64,000 nucleotides of DNA from Anaerolineae bacterium. GTDB lineage: Bacteria; Chloroflexota; Anaerolineae; Promineifilales; Promineifilaceae. The DNA is taken from positions 19,555 to 83,554 of the forward strand of contig JBHHTQ010000002.1 in NCBI GenBank assembly GCA_046753445.1, read 5' to 3'. The position numbers and the translations under genes are program-made. The notes below the pieces were generated by a model, which was not told the DNA's origin, ran no database searches, and was given only the letters and a program-made list of their open reading frames with translations. Shown one piece after another: positions 26,647 through 36,738 of the stretch (positions within the stretch are counted from its first letter, which is position 1; every line of letters begins with the position of its first letter).

Positions 26647-28395
26647 TTGAACGACCCATCCCTTACTCAACTTCAAATCAATCTCAAACGGTTACGGGAA
26701 CTCATTGATGAATTAGGCGGTACGGTGAGCCGGCAGCACCAGACGCTGATCATGACGCGAGAGGAGGTCGCGCGCCAGGCCGCCTTCCAGGCGGGAGCAG
26801 AATTGGACCGCCTCCTGGCTTACGTTCGCCGCCAGATGGAAGACCTGGAGCAGCGCGTCGATGCCCGGGAGAAGGAGCATGAGCAGCTCAAGGCGCTGCA
26901 GCAGGTTGGGGCGGTCGTCAACTCGTCGCTGGACCTCAACCAGGTGCTCAGCTTTGTCATGGACGCCATCATTGAGCTGACCAGGGCGGAACGGGCCATC
27001 CTCCTGCTTAAAGATGAAGAGAGCGGCCGTCTTGAGGTCCAGGTGGCGCGCAATATGGACAAAGAGACGATTGAGAAGTCTGAATCCTTTGAGATCAGCC
27101 GTAGCATTGTGCGCAGTGTGGCGGAGACGGGTGAGCCAGTGGCGACGATGAATGCGCAGGCAGACCCCCGCTTCGCCACCCAGGAAAGCATCATCAGCTA
27201 CAATTTGCGTTCGATCCTCTGCGCCCCACTCAAGATCAAGGAGAGCATCACCGGCGTAATTTATGCCGACAACCGGGTAGCATCCGGCATTTTTGGGGAT
27301 GCAGACCGGGATTTGCTGGCGGCCTTCGCTAACCAGGCGGCCGTGGCCATTGAAAACGCCCGTCTCTACCGGCAGTTGCGGGATCGCCTGGTTGAGATCA
27401 CTGAGATGAAGGACTTGATGGACAACGTGTTTGCCTCCATCGCCAGCGGCGTCATCACCATTGATGAGGCGGACCGGGTGGCCCTCTACAATCGGGCGGC
27501 CGAACGCATCCTTGGGCTGCCGATTGAGTCCGTACTCCGCCAGACCTACCATATTGTGCTGTCGGCCCTGGGGGCATCTGTAGAGCCGCTGATCAGTGAT
27601 GTCAGAACCAACGGCGGTACGCGCAGCACAGAGATGGATATTGTGGTGAGCAAGCGCCCCGGCGTCACCACGCTCAACCTGACCTTATCGCCGCTGCGGG
27701 ATACGGAACAGGAGATGCTGGGCGTGGCAATGGTGCTGGATGACGTCTCGGAGCAAAAGCGGCTGGAGAGCGTGCGCCGTTATCTGCCGCCGGCTTTGGT
27801 GGATCAGGTGCGGGACCTGGACGCCGCGCAGCGGCCGCAGCGCCGCATCATCAGCGTGCTCTTCGCCGACGTACGGGGCTTCAGCAGCTACAGCGAGCAG
27901 ATGGACCCGGAGAAACTAATCCAGGTCATCAACGGCTACTTCACGGAAGCGGTCCAGGCGATTTCCCATTTTCAAGGTCTGACCGATAAATTCATGGGCG
28001 ACGCGGTCATGGCCCTGTTCAACACGCCGCTCAATCCGCAGGAAAATCACGTGCGGCGGGCCGTGGAAACCGCGCTCATGATCCAGGCCAATATGCGCGA
28101 ATATCACGCCGCGCTGCCCGAAGATCGCCGGTTATATTTCGGCACCGGCATTCATGTGGGGGAGGCGGTGGTCGGCAACGTCGGCAGCCATCTGCGCAAG
28201 GATTACTCCGCCATCGGCGACGCGGTGAACATGGCCAAGCGGCTGCAAGAGAAAGCAGTGCCGGGCCAGATTCTTATCAGTCAGGCTGTGTATGAGCAGG
28301 TGAAAGAATGGGTGACTGCCCAACCCTTGCCGCTGACTCAGGTCAAAGGACGGCAGGAGCTGGTGCAGATTTACGAGTTAACGGGCCTTCAATAG
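26647..28395 (+). CDS. class III adenylate/guanylate cyclase with coiled-coil, GAF and PAS sensor domains
   Basis: GAF (LNQVLSFVMDAIIELTRAERAILLL...VIYADN), PAS (ASIASGVITIDEADRVALYNRAAERILG), and cyclase core (VLFADVRGFSSYSE...KFMGDAVMALF...GDAVNMAKRLQ). TTG start with GAAGGA RBS. Confidence 0.9.
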   Translation: MNDPSLTQLQINLKRLRELIDELGGTVSRQHQTLIMTREEVARQAAFQAGAELDRLLAYVRRQMEDLEQRVDAREKEHEQLKALQQVGAVVNSSLDLNQVLSFVMDAIIELTRAERAILLLKDEESGRLEVQVARNMDKETIEKSESFEISRSIVRSVAETGEPVATMNAQADPRFATQESIISYNLRSILCAPLKIKESITGVIYADNRVASGIFGDADRDLLAAFANQAAVAIENARLYRQLRDRLVEITEMKDLMDNVFASIASGVITIDEADRVALYNRAAERILGLPIESVLRQTYHIVLSALGASVEPLISDVRTNGGTRSTEMDIVVSKRPGVTTLNLTLSPLRDTEQEMLGVAMVLDDVSEQKRLESVRRYLPPALVDQVRDLDAAQRPQRRIISVLFADVRGFSSYSEQMDPEKLIQVINGYFTEAVQAISHFQGLTDKFMGDAVMALFNTPLNPQENHVRRAVETALMIQANMREYHAALPEDRRLYFGTGIHVGEAVVGNVGSHLRKDYSAIGDAVNMAKRLQEKAVPGQILISQAVYEQVKEWVTAQPLPLTQVKGRQELVQIYELTGLQ

Positions 28396-28468
28396 CTGGG
28401 TCAGCGCTGATATTTTTCCCTGTGACTGGAGACGGGAGAGTGGAAGTCTCCAGTTAACCAGCCTTTCA

Positions 28469-30577
28469 TCAACCGCCGCTCCCCTGGCTCTCAATCACCA
28501 GCTGGTAACGGGCCGGTTCCAGGGTCATGGGCGCGATGGCGGCCACAATGAGGATCGGCCGTTTCCCGCCGTTCCCTGTTACCGTGAATGTGAGACGCTG
28601 CCCTTCGTCGAGAGCGAGCGCTTCCACGACCGGAACCCCATCCACGTAACGAATCAACTGAAGGCGCCACGTCTGCGGCAGGACGGCCGTAACCGGGGTG
28701 AATCCCTCCGCCTGCCAGCCGTCATCTACCGTCTCCACATCATCGTAAAAGCCGATCTCCGGGATGGCGATGTTATCCAGGGCAAAGCCGCCGTAGGTGA
28801 GGATGAGGTCGGTGACATACTCGAACCGGATTTGTATTTGCCGGCCTGCAAACGGCGTCAGGTCTACACGCTCCTCGACCCAGTTGCGCTGCCGGCCGGT
28901 GTAAAAGCGTTCAGTGAGCGCGCTGCCGGCCGGATCATCGGCCGGATCTGCTCCCTGCATGTGCGGAGACGCAAGCCCCTGCCAGGTACGGCCGCTGTCA
29001 GTTGAGACCGAGACGTAGGCAAAGTCATATCCCTGCTCAATGTCCACATAGGCTGCATATTGGAGTGTAGCCGAAGGAACCTCCCGCAGATCAACCGTCC
29101 GCGTCAGGCGTGGGTTGCTGTAGTTGGCGCGCTGCGCATACCACATTCGCTCCCCTGAGACGGGGAGGGTGTCCAGCAGCGGCGTTACCGCCTCCCCCGT
29201 GAATTGGACGGTGATCTTCCCGGAAACAGGCAGTGAGTAATAGTCGGCCGCATACTGCGAGACGGTCGTGTCGAAAACGAACGGCAACGAGGAGACGGCC
29301 GTCATGGCAACCGTGTCCAGCGTCAGGCCCGGAAAATGATACACATCAGCTGCGTTGGGGTCATTGTGCAGCGTCAGCGTCGCCAGCCAGTCGAGCCACA
29401 CGGATTCGCCACTGATCGCCAGCCCGTTCGCGGCCGCGATCTGATCCACCGCCGCCAGTCCCGGTTCCGGGCTGGTGGCAAACTGGCGGTACAAGTCCGG
29501 TCCCAGCCGGTCGTAAATGGCGCGGTTCAGCAGGTACCCCTGCCCGTAAAACGGCAGCGTGTTGTCGTCCGTCCAACTGTTGAGCTGCTGATCCGGGTTG
29601 CGCAGGAAGAGGTTACCACGCTGTTGGCCGCTGTTCCCCAGGCCCAGCAACTCTTCAGCCAGCACGGCCGATCCCTCCACCTCCCAATCAATGTCTCCCC
29701 GGTCATAATGGTCTTCAATCATGTGCCGAAACTCGTGCCCCAACACATTCAGGTAGAAGCCGGTGCCGAACTGCTGTGCGTTCATGATGAACATCTCGCG
29801 CTCGTTGGACCGCTCCCGGACGGCCGCAGGCAGCGTGTTGCTGGCGCTGTAGTAGCCGGCGATGCCGCAGTTGGCGGCCGTGGTCAGCGTCACATCACAC
29901 AACACCAACGGCGATGCATGCACGATGTGAATGCGCGGATCGCCGTCAATGCCCGGATTGTTTTCCGAGCCGAACAGTTGCACGCTGGTCTCATAGATTG
30001 CGTCAAAGGCCGCGGTCGCTTCGTCCAATGCCGCCTGGCCCGGTTGCAGCGAGCCGGGACCGGCGTCGAACCAGAAGTACCCATGTTCGCTCACCGCCAG
30101 CAAGATCGCCTCGATCTCTGTTTCCGTATTGGTGTCCAGGTTGGAGATGACCAATCGCTGGCGCGTGCCCACCGGCAGCGGCCCGGTCACAGGCGGGGCG
30201 GTTAACGACGGCGCTTCGACCAGCCCGGCATAAGCCATGGCCAGCGCCACATCGTCCCGTTCCGGAGGCGACGCGTGGGCCAATGCTTCAGCGGCCGCGC
30301 GTTCGGCGGCCGTGGCTTCTGTGCGCGAAAACGGGGCAATCGTGGGCATAGGCGGCGGCCAGGTCGGCGTGGGAGATGGCTCCTGCGCGGCAGCCGGCTG
30401 ATCGCTGTTTAATTCAGGGATGGGTGTCGGGGCAGATGTGGGCGGCGGCGGCGCCGGGTTCACTGCTGTCGTCGCCGGCGGGAGCGAAGATGGGGTGGGA
30501 GCGGGCGGGCTTGGGGACACGGCCGTATCACAGGCGGCCAGGAACATCATCAGCAGCAAACATACAATATTGCGCAT
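28469..30577 (-). CDS. secreted lipoprotein zinc metalloprotease (HExxH; InhA/M6-like C-terminal region)
   Basis: Lipobox MMFLAAC, Pro-rich linker, HEFRHM zinc motif. The C-terminal YDFAYVSVSTDSGRTWQGL resembles immune-inhibitor-A-type peptidases. Confidence 0.75.
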   Translation of the reverse strand: MRNIVCLLLMMFLAACDTAVSPSPPAPTPSSLPPATTAVNPAPPPPTSAPTPIPELNSDQPAAAQEPSPTPTWPPPMPTIAPFSRTEATAAERAAAEALAHASPPERDDVALAMAYAGLVEAPSLTAPPVTGPLPVGTRQRLVISNLDTNTETEIEAILLAVSEHGYFWFDAGPGSLQPGQAALDEATAAFDAIYETSVQLFGSENNPGIDGDPRIHIVHASPLVLCDVTLTTAANCGIAGYYSASNTLPAAVRERSNEREMFIMNAQQFGTGFYLNVLGHEFRHMIEDHYDRGDIDWEVEGSAVLAEELLGLGNSGQQRGNLFLRNPDQQLNSWTDDNTLPFYGQGYLLNRAIYDRLGPDLYRQFATSPEPGLAAVDQIAAANGLAISGESVWLDWLATLTLHNDPNAADVYHFPGLTLDTVAMTAVSSLPFVFDTTVSQYAADYYSLPVSGKITVQFTGEAVTPLLDTLPVSGERMWYAQRANYSNPRLTRTVDLREVPSATLQYAAYVDIEQGYDFAYVSVSTDSGRTWQGLASPHMQGADPADDPAGSALTERFYTGRQRNWVEERVDLTPFAGRQIQIRFEYVTDLILTYGGFALDNIAIPEIGFYDDVETVDDGWQAEGFTPVTAVLPQTWRLQLIRYVDGVPVVEALALDEGQRLTFTVTGNGGKRPILIVAAIAPMTLEPARYQLVIESQGSGG

Positions 30578-30670
30578 AGAGACCTCGATTGTTCAGCGTC
30601 AGATATATTCCCAAAGGTTTGAGCAAATGATTGTGCCATTGGGTGGCAATTTGTCATTGAGGAATTGAGT

Positions 30671-30698
30671 GATTACCAATTACCTCATTACAAATTTC
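30671..30698. repeat. short AATTACC-family heptamer array (3-4 units)
   Basis: GATTACC AATTACC TCATTAC AAATTTC. Same unit family as 7445-7512. Confidence 0.55.
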
Positions 30699-30827
30699 CC
30701 GACGACGAGCAGGGATGATCGCGTTCCATGTAATCATACCATTTCTGCTTTGCCTGTCTTGCCTTACCATCTCTTTTCTTTTCCCGGCCGTTTTCGGTAG
30801 AATCCGTGGCGGATTCGGACATTGCTC

Positions 30828-31544
30828 ATGCTTTCATTGGAACGACAAAATGCGCTGCGCGAGGCTTACCGGCAGGCCAACCCCGGTTGGCGGCCGGCGA
30901 CTGAAGTGTACGCAGACCTGGTGCGGCAGCAGTTGCGGCCGGGTGCGCGCTTGCTGGACCTGGGGTGCGGCCGCGGCGGGCTGGTAGAGCAGTTGGATCA
31001 CCCGCTGCGACAGGCGGCGGGGGTGGATCCCGATTTGCAGTCGCTGCGTGAGCACCGGCTTCCCCTACCGCGTGCGGCCGCATTCAGCCATCATCTCCCC
31101 TTCGCCGGCGGCAGTTTTGACCTCGTCTTTGCCAGTTGGCTGTTGGAACACCTGGCGCGGCCCTCTGCCACATTGGGGGAGGTCCGGCGCGTGTTGCGGC
31201 CGGGCGGCGCGTTTGTGTTCATTACCCCCAACGGCCGCCATCCCCTCACATGGCTCAACCGGGCGTTAGGTCACGACGGCCGCCTGCAGAGCCGGATTGT
31301 TGCCCGGCTGTACGGCCGCGCCCATGCTGATACTTTTCCCACCTGCTACCGGGCCAATACGGCCGTTGCGCTGCGCCGCCTGGCCGGGCAAAATGGGATG
31401 GCGCTGGAATCACTGGAAGCGATTGCCGATCCCACCTACCTGGCCCTTACGCCCGCTTTGTTTCGCCTGATGTGCTGGATGGAGGCCCGCCTGCCGCGCG
31501 GCCGTCGCCTGCACCTGGTAGGCGTCCTGCGCCGGCCGGAGTGA
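30828..31544 (+). CDS. class I SAM-dependent methyltransferase
   Basis: Motif I LLDLGCGRGG and post-I/II FDLVFASWLLEHL (Methyltransf_11-like). TAGAAT -10-like box at 30798. Confidence 0.85.
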   Translation: MLSLERQNALREAYRQANPGWRPATEVYADLVRQQLRPGARLLDLGCGRGGLVEQLDHPLRQAAGVDPDLQSLREHRLPLPRAAAFSHHLPFAGGSFDLVFASWLLEHLARPSATLGEVRRVLRPGGAFVFITPNGRHPLTWLNRALGHDGRLQSRIVARLYGRAHADTFPTCYRANTAVALRRLAGQNGMALESLEAIADPTYLALTPALFRLMCWMEARLPRGRRLHLVGVLRRPE

Positions 31545-31546
31545 CT

Positions 31547-32266
31547 ATGGGCCACGACTCGTTGCTCAAACGTATTCAATTCCGCTATCTGGGCCTGGTG
31601 TTTGCGTTTACGTACCGCACGCAGCATCGTCGTCTGCTCGGTATCAAGGTCGGCCGTTTGGTTCGATGGACGTCGCTCCTCCTTTTGGGGCTGGCGTGGC
31701 AGCAGAATTGGGGACGGCCGTGGCTGTGGCTGGCGCTGCTGGCTGTGCTCTGGGTGCAGTTCGCGTATTGGCGGGCAGACCGGGCCGGTTACAGCAAGTT
31801 CGTTCCCGATGAGGCGGCCGTGATGCCGCGGGAAGATATAGACCCTTTACCGGCTGACCATCGCGTCAGGTTGCTGGCTAGCGGTGTGTTCAGCACGACC
31901 GAGCGTGAGGTCCGCGTCTTGCTGCGCCCAGCGCTTTACTGGCAGGCGCCTTTGGGCGACCATGCCGTCATGGTGGAACGGCGGCCGGGCAGTTACCTGT
32001 ACCAGTTTTTCGATGCCGCCAACCTGATTCGCGTGCAATCCGGCCGGCTTCTGTTCGGTTCCTCCCCTCACCGCACACTGGCCATCACCTTTAAGGTCCG
32101 GTGGGGGCCGCAGGCGGCTGAGGCGGGACAGCTTTTCAGCTTTCGCCGCGATGCCGAAAATGACGGCCGTCTGCCCCGGCGCACCATCTACCTCACATTT
32201 GAAAATGCCCAAGATCATCATCTCGTCTGGCACAATATCATGACCGATGCCCCCCGTACCGCTTAA
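31547..32266 (+). CDS. hypothetical membrane protein (two N-terminal TM helices plus a soluble domain)
   Basis: The ATG lies 3 nt after the methyltransferase stop. No recognisable domain. Confidence 0.55.
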   Translation: MGHDSLLKRIQFRYLGLVFAFTYRTQHRRLLGIKVGRLVRWTSLLLLGLAWQQNWGRPWLWLALLAVLWVQFAYWRADRAGYSKFVPDEAAVMPREDIDPLPADHRVRLLASGVFSTTEREVRVLLRPALYWQAPLGDHAVMVERRPGSYLYQFFDAANLIRVQSGRLLFGSSPHRTLAITFKVRWGPQAAEAGQLFSFRRDAENDGRLPRRTIYLTFENAQDHHLVWHNIMTDAPRTA

Positions 32267-32364
32267 GGCGCGGTGTAAGCGGCCGGACATAAGATAAAGC
32301 AGTCGATTGCCTGCGGCCTGGCTGCAGGCAGTGTGCCGTGCCTGAAACAATCGTGGGAGGAAGG

Positions 32365-34368
32365 ATGCTTCGTCAACGTCTAACGATGCGTTTGCAAGTA
32401 GCATTTGACAAAGAAACGCATCTGCAATGGCTTGCCCGTTTATCAAAACCCAGAGGTCATCACGGTCAAGCCCTGAGCCTGATTGCCTTTGCAATGGTGA
32501 TCCCCCTGGTCCTGATCCTGACCCTTTACCGGGTGCAGGCCATTGAAGTCCCCTTTCCCACGAAGCACAACGTGACCACAGGTGCGTTTGACGGGGCGTC
32601 ATCGGTCTATGCCGCCGACCTCGATGGGGACGCCGATCTGGACATCCTTGGCGCTGCCTGGAACGGGAACATGATTGCCTGGTGGGAGAATACGGCCGGG
32701 GATGGCACGGCCTGGACGAAGCACGCGGTAGATACTGCTTTTGAGGCTCCTTACTCTGTTTTTGCCGCTGACCTCGATGGGGATACCGACCTCGATGTCC
32801 TCGCCTCAGCTCTCAATACCAACGAGATCGCCTGGTGGGAGAACACGGCCGGAGACGGCTCTGCCTGGACGAAACATTTGCTGGACTCGATATTTGAAGG
32901 GGCAACCTCCGTTTTTGCGGCCGACATTGACGGAGACGCCGACCTCGATGTTCTAGGCACAGCCTTGATCGCCAATGATGTGGCCTGGTGGGAGAACACG
33001 GCCGGAGACGGCACAGCCTGGACGAAGCAGGTGATAGACGGCGGCTTCAGCGGCGCTTACGCACTATATGCCGCTGATTTGGACGGGGACAATGATCTGG
33101 ATGTCACGGCCGCGGCCCTGCTGGCGAATGACATCGCCTGGTGGGAAAACACGGCCGGGGATGGTTCGGCCTGGACCAAACACGCGGTGGATAATGCGTT
33201 TAACGGCGCACGCTCGGTTTATGCGGCCGATGTGGATGGAGATGGGGACGACGACCTCCTGGGCGCGGCCCGGTTTGCCGGGGAGATCGCCTGGTGGGAG
33301 AACACGGCCGGGGACGGCACGGCCTGGACGAAGCATACCGTCAGCGCCGCTTTTGCCGGGGCGATGTCTGTTTTTGCAGCCGATGTGGATCGGGACGGCG
33401 ATCTGGATATGTTGGGGGCAGGAATGAACGCCAATGATATCACCTGGTGGGAAAACACGGCCGGGGACGGGACAGCCTGGACAGAACATGTGGTGGATGG
33501 GGCTTTTGGCGGGGCGCATGCGGTGTACGCGGCCGATGTGGATGGGGATCACGACCTGGATGTGCTGGGAGCTGCCTTCAATGACGATGCCATCGCCTGG
33601 TGGGAAGCGACGCCTGCCACTCTGGTGATCGCCCAATCAGTCACGCCGGTGACGGCCGTGCCCGGCCAGGCCGTGACCTATACATTAAGTTTCCACAACA
33701 ACAGTGCGGGAACTAGTACCGGCGTTGTGATCACAGACGTGATCCCGTCCGTATTGACCGCGCCCGGCTTTACCAGCAGCGTGCCGGTCACGCCCACGGG
33801 CGGGTCTGCGTTTGTGTGGGACGTGGGCACAGTGGGGCCGGGAGCCGGCGGCCTCATCACCATCACGGGCGTCATCAACGGGAACACGGCCGCGGGAACC
33901 ATTTTCACCAATACGGCCGTGATTGCCGGCGTCATCAGCGGGACGATGTCGAGCTTCAGCGCCCAGACGGCCGTCACCGTGCAGGCGCTCAATCATGCCC
34001 CGACGGTATCTGATTTCAGCAAAACGGTTTTCCAGGACAACGACCTGCTTTTCTCGCGGGCGGATTTTGAAACCCACTTTGATGATGTGGATGGGGACGG
34101 GCTGGACCGGGTGAAGGTAACAAGCCTGCCCCTGAGCGGAACGCTGAAGCTCAACGGGACGGCCGTCGCACTGAACCAGGAGATAGTCGCGGCCGATCTT
34201 GACAAACTCTCATTTGTGCCTGATGCGGGCTGGAACGGCAGCACAGGCTTCGATTGGAGCGGTTTTGATGGGGCGTTGTACGCTACGCTTGACGCGCGCG
34301 CCTCCCTGACAGTGCTGCCTTCGCCCCAGTTTTTTGTCTATCTACCCGCGGTGATACGCAGCCCGTAG
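32365..34368 (+). CDS. FG-GAP/VCBS repeat beta-propeller surface protein with DUF11-like and cadherin-like C-terminal domains
   Basis: Seven repeats of about 60 aa each (SVYAADLDGDxDLDxLGAA...IAWWENTAGDGTAWTKH). Then VTYTLSFHNNSAGTSTGVVITDVIP (DUF11-like) and NHAPTVSDF...VKVTSLPLSGTLKLNG (cadherin-like). GGGAGGAAGG RBS before ATG 32365. Confidence 0.85.
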   Translation: MLRQRLTMRLQVAFDKETHLQWLARLSKPRGHHGQALSLIAFAMVIPLVLILTLYRVQAIEVPFPTKHNVTTGAFDGASSVYAADLDGDADLDILGAAWNGNMIAWWENTAGDGTAWTKHAVDTAFEAPYSVFAADLDGDTDLDVLASALNTNEIAWWENTAGDGSAWTKHLLDSIFEGATSVFAADIDGDADLDVLGTALIANDVAWWENTAGDGTAWTKQVIDGGFSGAYALYAADLDGDNDLDVTAAALLANDIAWWENTAGDGSAWTKHAVDNAFNGARSVYAADVDGDGDDDLLGAARFAGEIAWWENTAGDGTAWTKHTVSAAFAGAMSVFAADVDRDGDLDMLGAGMNANDITWWENTAGDGTAWTEHVVDGAFGGAHAVYAADVDGDHDLDVLGAAFNDDAIAWWEATPATLVIAQSVTPVTAVPGQAVTYTLSFHNNSAGTSTGVVITDVIPSVLTAPGFTSSVPVTPTGGSAFVWDVGTVGPGAGGLITITGVINGNTAAGTIFTNTAVIAGVISGTMSSFSAQTAVTVQALNHAPTVSDFSKTVFQDNDLLFSRADFETHFDDVDGDGLDRVKVTSLPLSGTLKLNGTAVALNQEIVAADLDKLSFVPDAGWNGSTGFDWSGFDGALYATLDARASLTVLPSPQFFVYLPAVIRSP

Positions 34369-34392
34369 CCGCGGCCAGAACAGGCTGCTGCG

Positions 34393-35400
34393 TCAAGGAG
34401 AAGCGGGCGTGGGTGTCGGCGAGGGCGTGGGCTGGGCAGTTGCTTCCGGGGTAGCGGTAATGGTATCTGCGGCCGCAGCTGATGCGGCCGTCGCCGTCTT
34501 CGCTGTGGCTGAGGGAGAGATTCGCGCCGACAGCACGCCGTCTAATTCATCCCAGGCCGTTTCCAAATCGCGCGCGGCCAGGGCCGGATCGTCGGGCAGG
34601 CTGGCGAAAGCCAGGGCCAGCCGCGCCTGAACCATCTGCAGCGGCTCTACCTCCGTCTCCGGGACGAGGAGCAGCAATTCATCCATCGCGCGCACGGCCG
34701 CTTCGACATCGGCCGTGGCCAGACCCACGTTGTTCTGAACCAGGCGCAGGCTGGCGCGGGCTGTTAGCTCCCATACGCGGAAGAGAGCCAGCGTCAGTTG
34801 GACGTCGCCCACACCGGATTGGGCATTGGTCACAGCTGCTTCGTGCACCAAAGCGACGCTCGCGCCAAGCGTTTCCGTTTCTGCTCGCAGCGCATCCACT
34901 TCGCCTCCCAGATCGTCGATACGGCCGCTGTTTTGATTGACATCACGCTGAAGCGCAACCAGAGCGCTGCCCAGAGCGGCCATATCTTCGGCCGCTTTGT
35001 CCTGATCGCCGACGGCCGCATCCACCTGTTCCTGAAGCGCCGCGAGCAGTTCCCCCTGGCGCTGCAAGCCGCTGTCAAGCTGGCGCGTTATGTTGGTAAG
35101 TTGTGTTTCCTGTTCGGCCGTCTTGTCGCGCAGGCTGCCGAGCTGTTCCCGCTGTGATGTCCCCGCCTCTGCTAGCGCGTCAACATCACTTTGCAGCAGT
35201 TCCAAATTGCTTTGATTGGCTTCCACGCGGACTGCGATGCTGTCGAATGAGCGTTGAATTTCCGCGAAGACGAGGAATCCTCCCCAGGCCAGCCCGGTGA
35301 TCACACCGAGGATCACGATAGATACCAATGAGGTTTTCAAGACCCATAAGATACTTCGTCCAACGCGGGCGAGTCGTCCATATCGTGTGCCAGTGCGCAT
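34393..35400 (-). CDS. membrane-anchored coiled-coil protein with Ala/Thr/Pro-rich C-terminus
   Basis: N-terminal TM (SIVILGVITGLAWGGFLVFA), long heptad-like region, low-complexity tail. No enzymatic motif. Confidence 0.6.
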   Translation of the reverse strand: MRTGTRYGRLARVGRSILWVLKTSLVSIVILGVITGLAWGGFLVFAEIQRSFDSIAVRVEANQSNLELLQSDVDALAEAGTSQREQLGSLRDKTAEQETQLTNITRQLDSGLQRQGELLAALQEQVDAAVGDQDKAAEDMAALGSALVALQRDVNQNSGRIDDLGGEVDALRAETETLGASVALVHEAAVTNAQSGVGDVQLTLALFRVWELTARASLRLVQNNVGLATADVEAAVRAMDELLLLVPETEVEPLQMVQARLALAFASLPDDPALAARDLETAWDELDGVLSARISPSATAKTATAASAAAADTITATPEATAQPTPSPTPTPASP

Positions 35401-35551
35401 TTGCTACTCCTTCGTAAATGTAGAGCGAATTGCCTAAGGGTGTGTTTCAAATAAGTTAACTTTTGTTGCGGCAGTTGAAAACTGCACCAATATCTGCCAG
35501 GCCGGCTTGCGCCGACTGAATTCGGGCCGCGAAGGCAGTCTTCGCAGCCAT

Positions 35552-36730
35552 TTAAGGTTGTGGCTGCGGCGTGACGGTGGGCAGGGCAAAGGGCGTCGCC
35601 GTCGGGCGGGGTGTGCGTGTGGGTGAACGCCCGGCGGTTGGCGACGGGCCTGGAGTGACTGTGTCCGGTGTGAGCGACGCGGCGGGAGTTTCCGTAGCGG
35701 CCGCTTCCGTGGCAGGCGCAGCGCCGGCCGGCGTTGCAGGCGGCGCCTCCCCTTGTAGATCAGCCAGCAAAGAGCGTAACCCGTCCAAAAAAGCCTGGAA
35801 TGTTTCGGAGGCCGTGGCGACGCGGGTGAGACGCTCATCCAGCCCATTTACTTGCTCCGCCAGGCGTACTGCTTCCTCCTGAGTCTGGATCACACTCTCC
35901 TCCAGCCCTGCCACCGTTTGCTCAAGCTCAACCTGACGAGTCGCCATGCCCGCTTCTATCTCGTTCATATGCTTGATTTGGGCTTCGGTCGTTGCCAGAT
36001 CGTCTTCCAGTTTCCCTTGAGATTGTACCGCCCGATCCAGTCCCTGGCGCAGATTGGCGTCCGCCTGGGCGAATGAAAGCGTGCCCCGGTTCAGTTGGGC
36101 CAGGAGCGCCAGCGTCAATGCGGTACCCAGCAGCGCGCCCAAGATCGCGCCCAACACCAGGAATACACAACCGCGCCGCCGCCCTTGATCTGCCGCAGCC
36201 GGAGGTAGAGGAGGCACGGCCGTTTCCAGGGCAGGAGGGGCAACCGCTGTCTGCGCCCCGGCCACGTCTGTTTCACCCACGCTGCTCTCTGCATCCACTT
36301 CCTCGGCCGCCGGCGCGGCCGCGTCCTCCGCCTGACTCATTTCTGCTTCAGCCGCCGGCCCCACCTCAGCCCCGGCATCAATTCGCCCCTTTTCTGTCAC
36401 TATCTCTTTCTCCGTCTCTGTCTCAGCCTCTGTTTCCACCCCCATCTCTGTCACGGTCTCTATCTCCGCCTCGGCCGCTGAGGGCGGAACCATTACAGTG
36501 ACCCGGTTAGCAAACGAGCGCACCAGCCGTTCCGAGATGCCGGGCACAGCCGTCAGTTCAATCACTTCCTCAAACGGATGAACCGTCTCGCGATATTCGA
36601 TGATTCGTTGGGCCAGGGCCGGCCCGATGCCGGGAAGTTGGGTCAACGCGGCCGTATCGGCGCGGTTCAGGTCGATCTTTTCCATGTCATTGGGCATTGT
36701 TGTGTTCTCAGTCTCATTCATGGGTTCCAT
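35552..36730 (-). CDS. ComEA-like helix-hairpin-helix DNA-binding protein fused to a TM segment and a coiled-coil ectodomain
   Basis: N-terminal DLNRADTAALTQLPGIGPALAQRIIEYRE...LTAVPGISERL (tandem HhH). Acidic ETE-rich linker, TM (CVFLVLGAILGALLGTALTLALLA), then coiled coil. Confidence 0.7.
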   Translation of the reverse strand: MEPMNETENTTMPNDMEKIDLNRADTAALTQLPGIGPALAQRIIEYRETVHPFEEVIELTAVPGISERLVRSFANRVTVMVPPSAAEAEIETVTEMGVETEAETETEKEIVTEKGRIDAGAEVGPAAEAEMSQAEDAAAPAAEEVDAESSVGETDVAGAQTAVAPPALETAVPPLPPAAADQGRRRGCVFLVLGAILGALLGTALTLALLAQLNRGTLSFAQADANLRQGLDRAVQSQGKLEDDLATTEAQIKHMNEIEAGMATRQVELEQTVAGLEESVIQTQEEAVRLAEQVNGLDERLTRVATASETFQAFLDGLRSLLADLQGEAPPATPAGAAPATEAAATETPAASLTPDTVTPGPSPTAGRSPTRTPRPTATPFALPTVTPQPQP

Positions 36731-36738
36731 TCCTTCTT

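Noticed and set aside
28425-28454. The perfect 9-bp hairpin ACTGGAGAC/GTCTCCAGT between the convergent cyclase and protease genes, as an intrinsic terminator.
   Set aside because: No U-tract follows the stem on either strand. It may still be a structural or terminator element, but the evidence is too weak to list as a feature.
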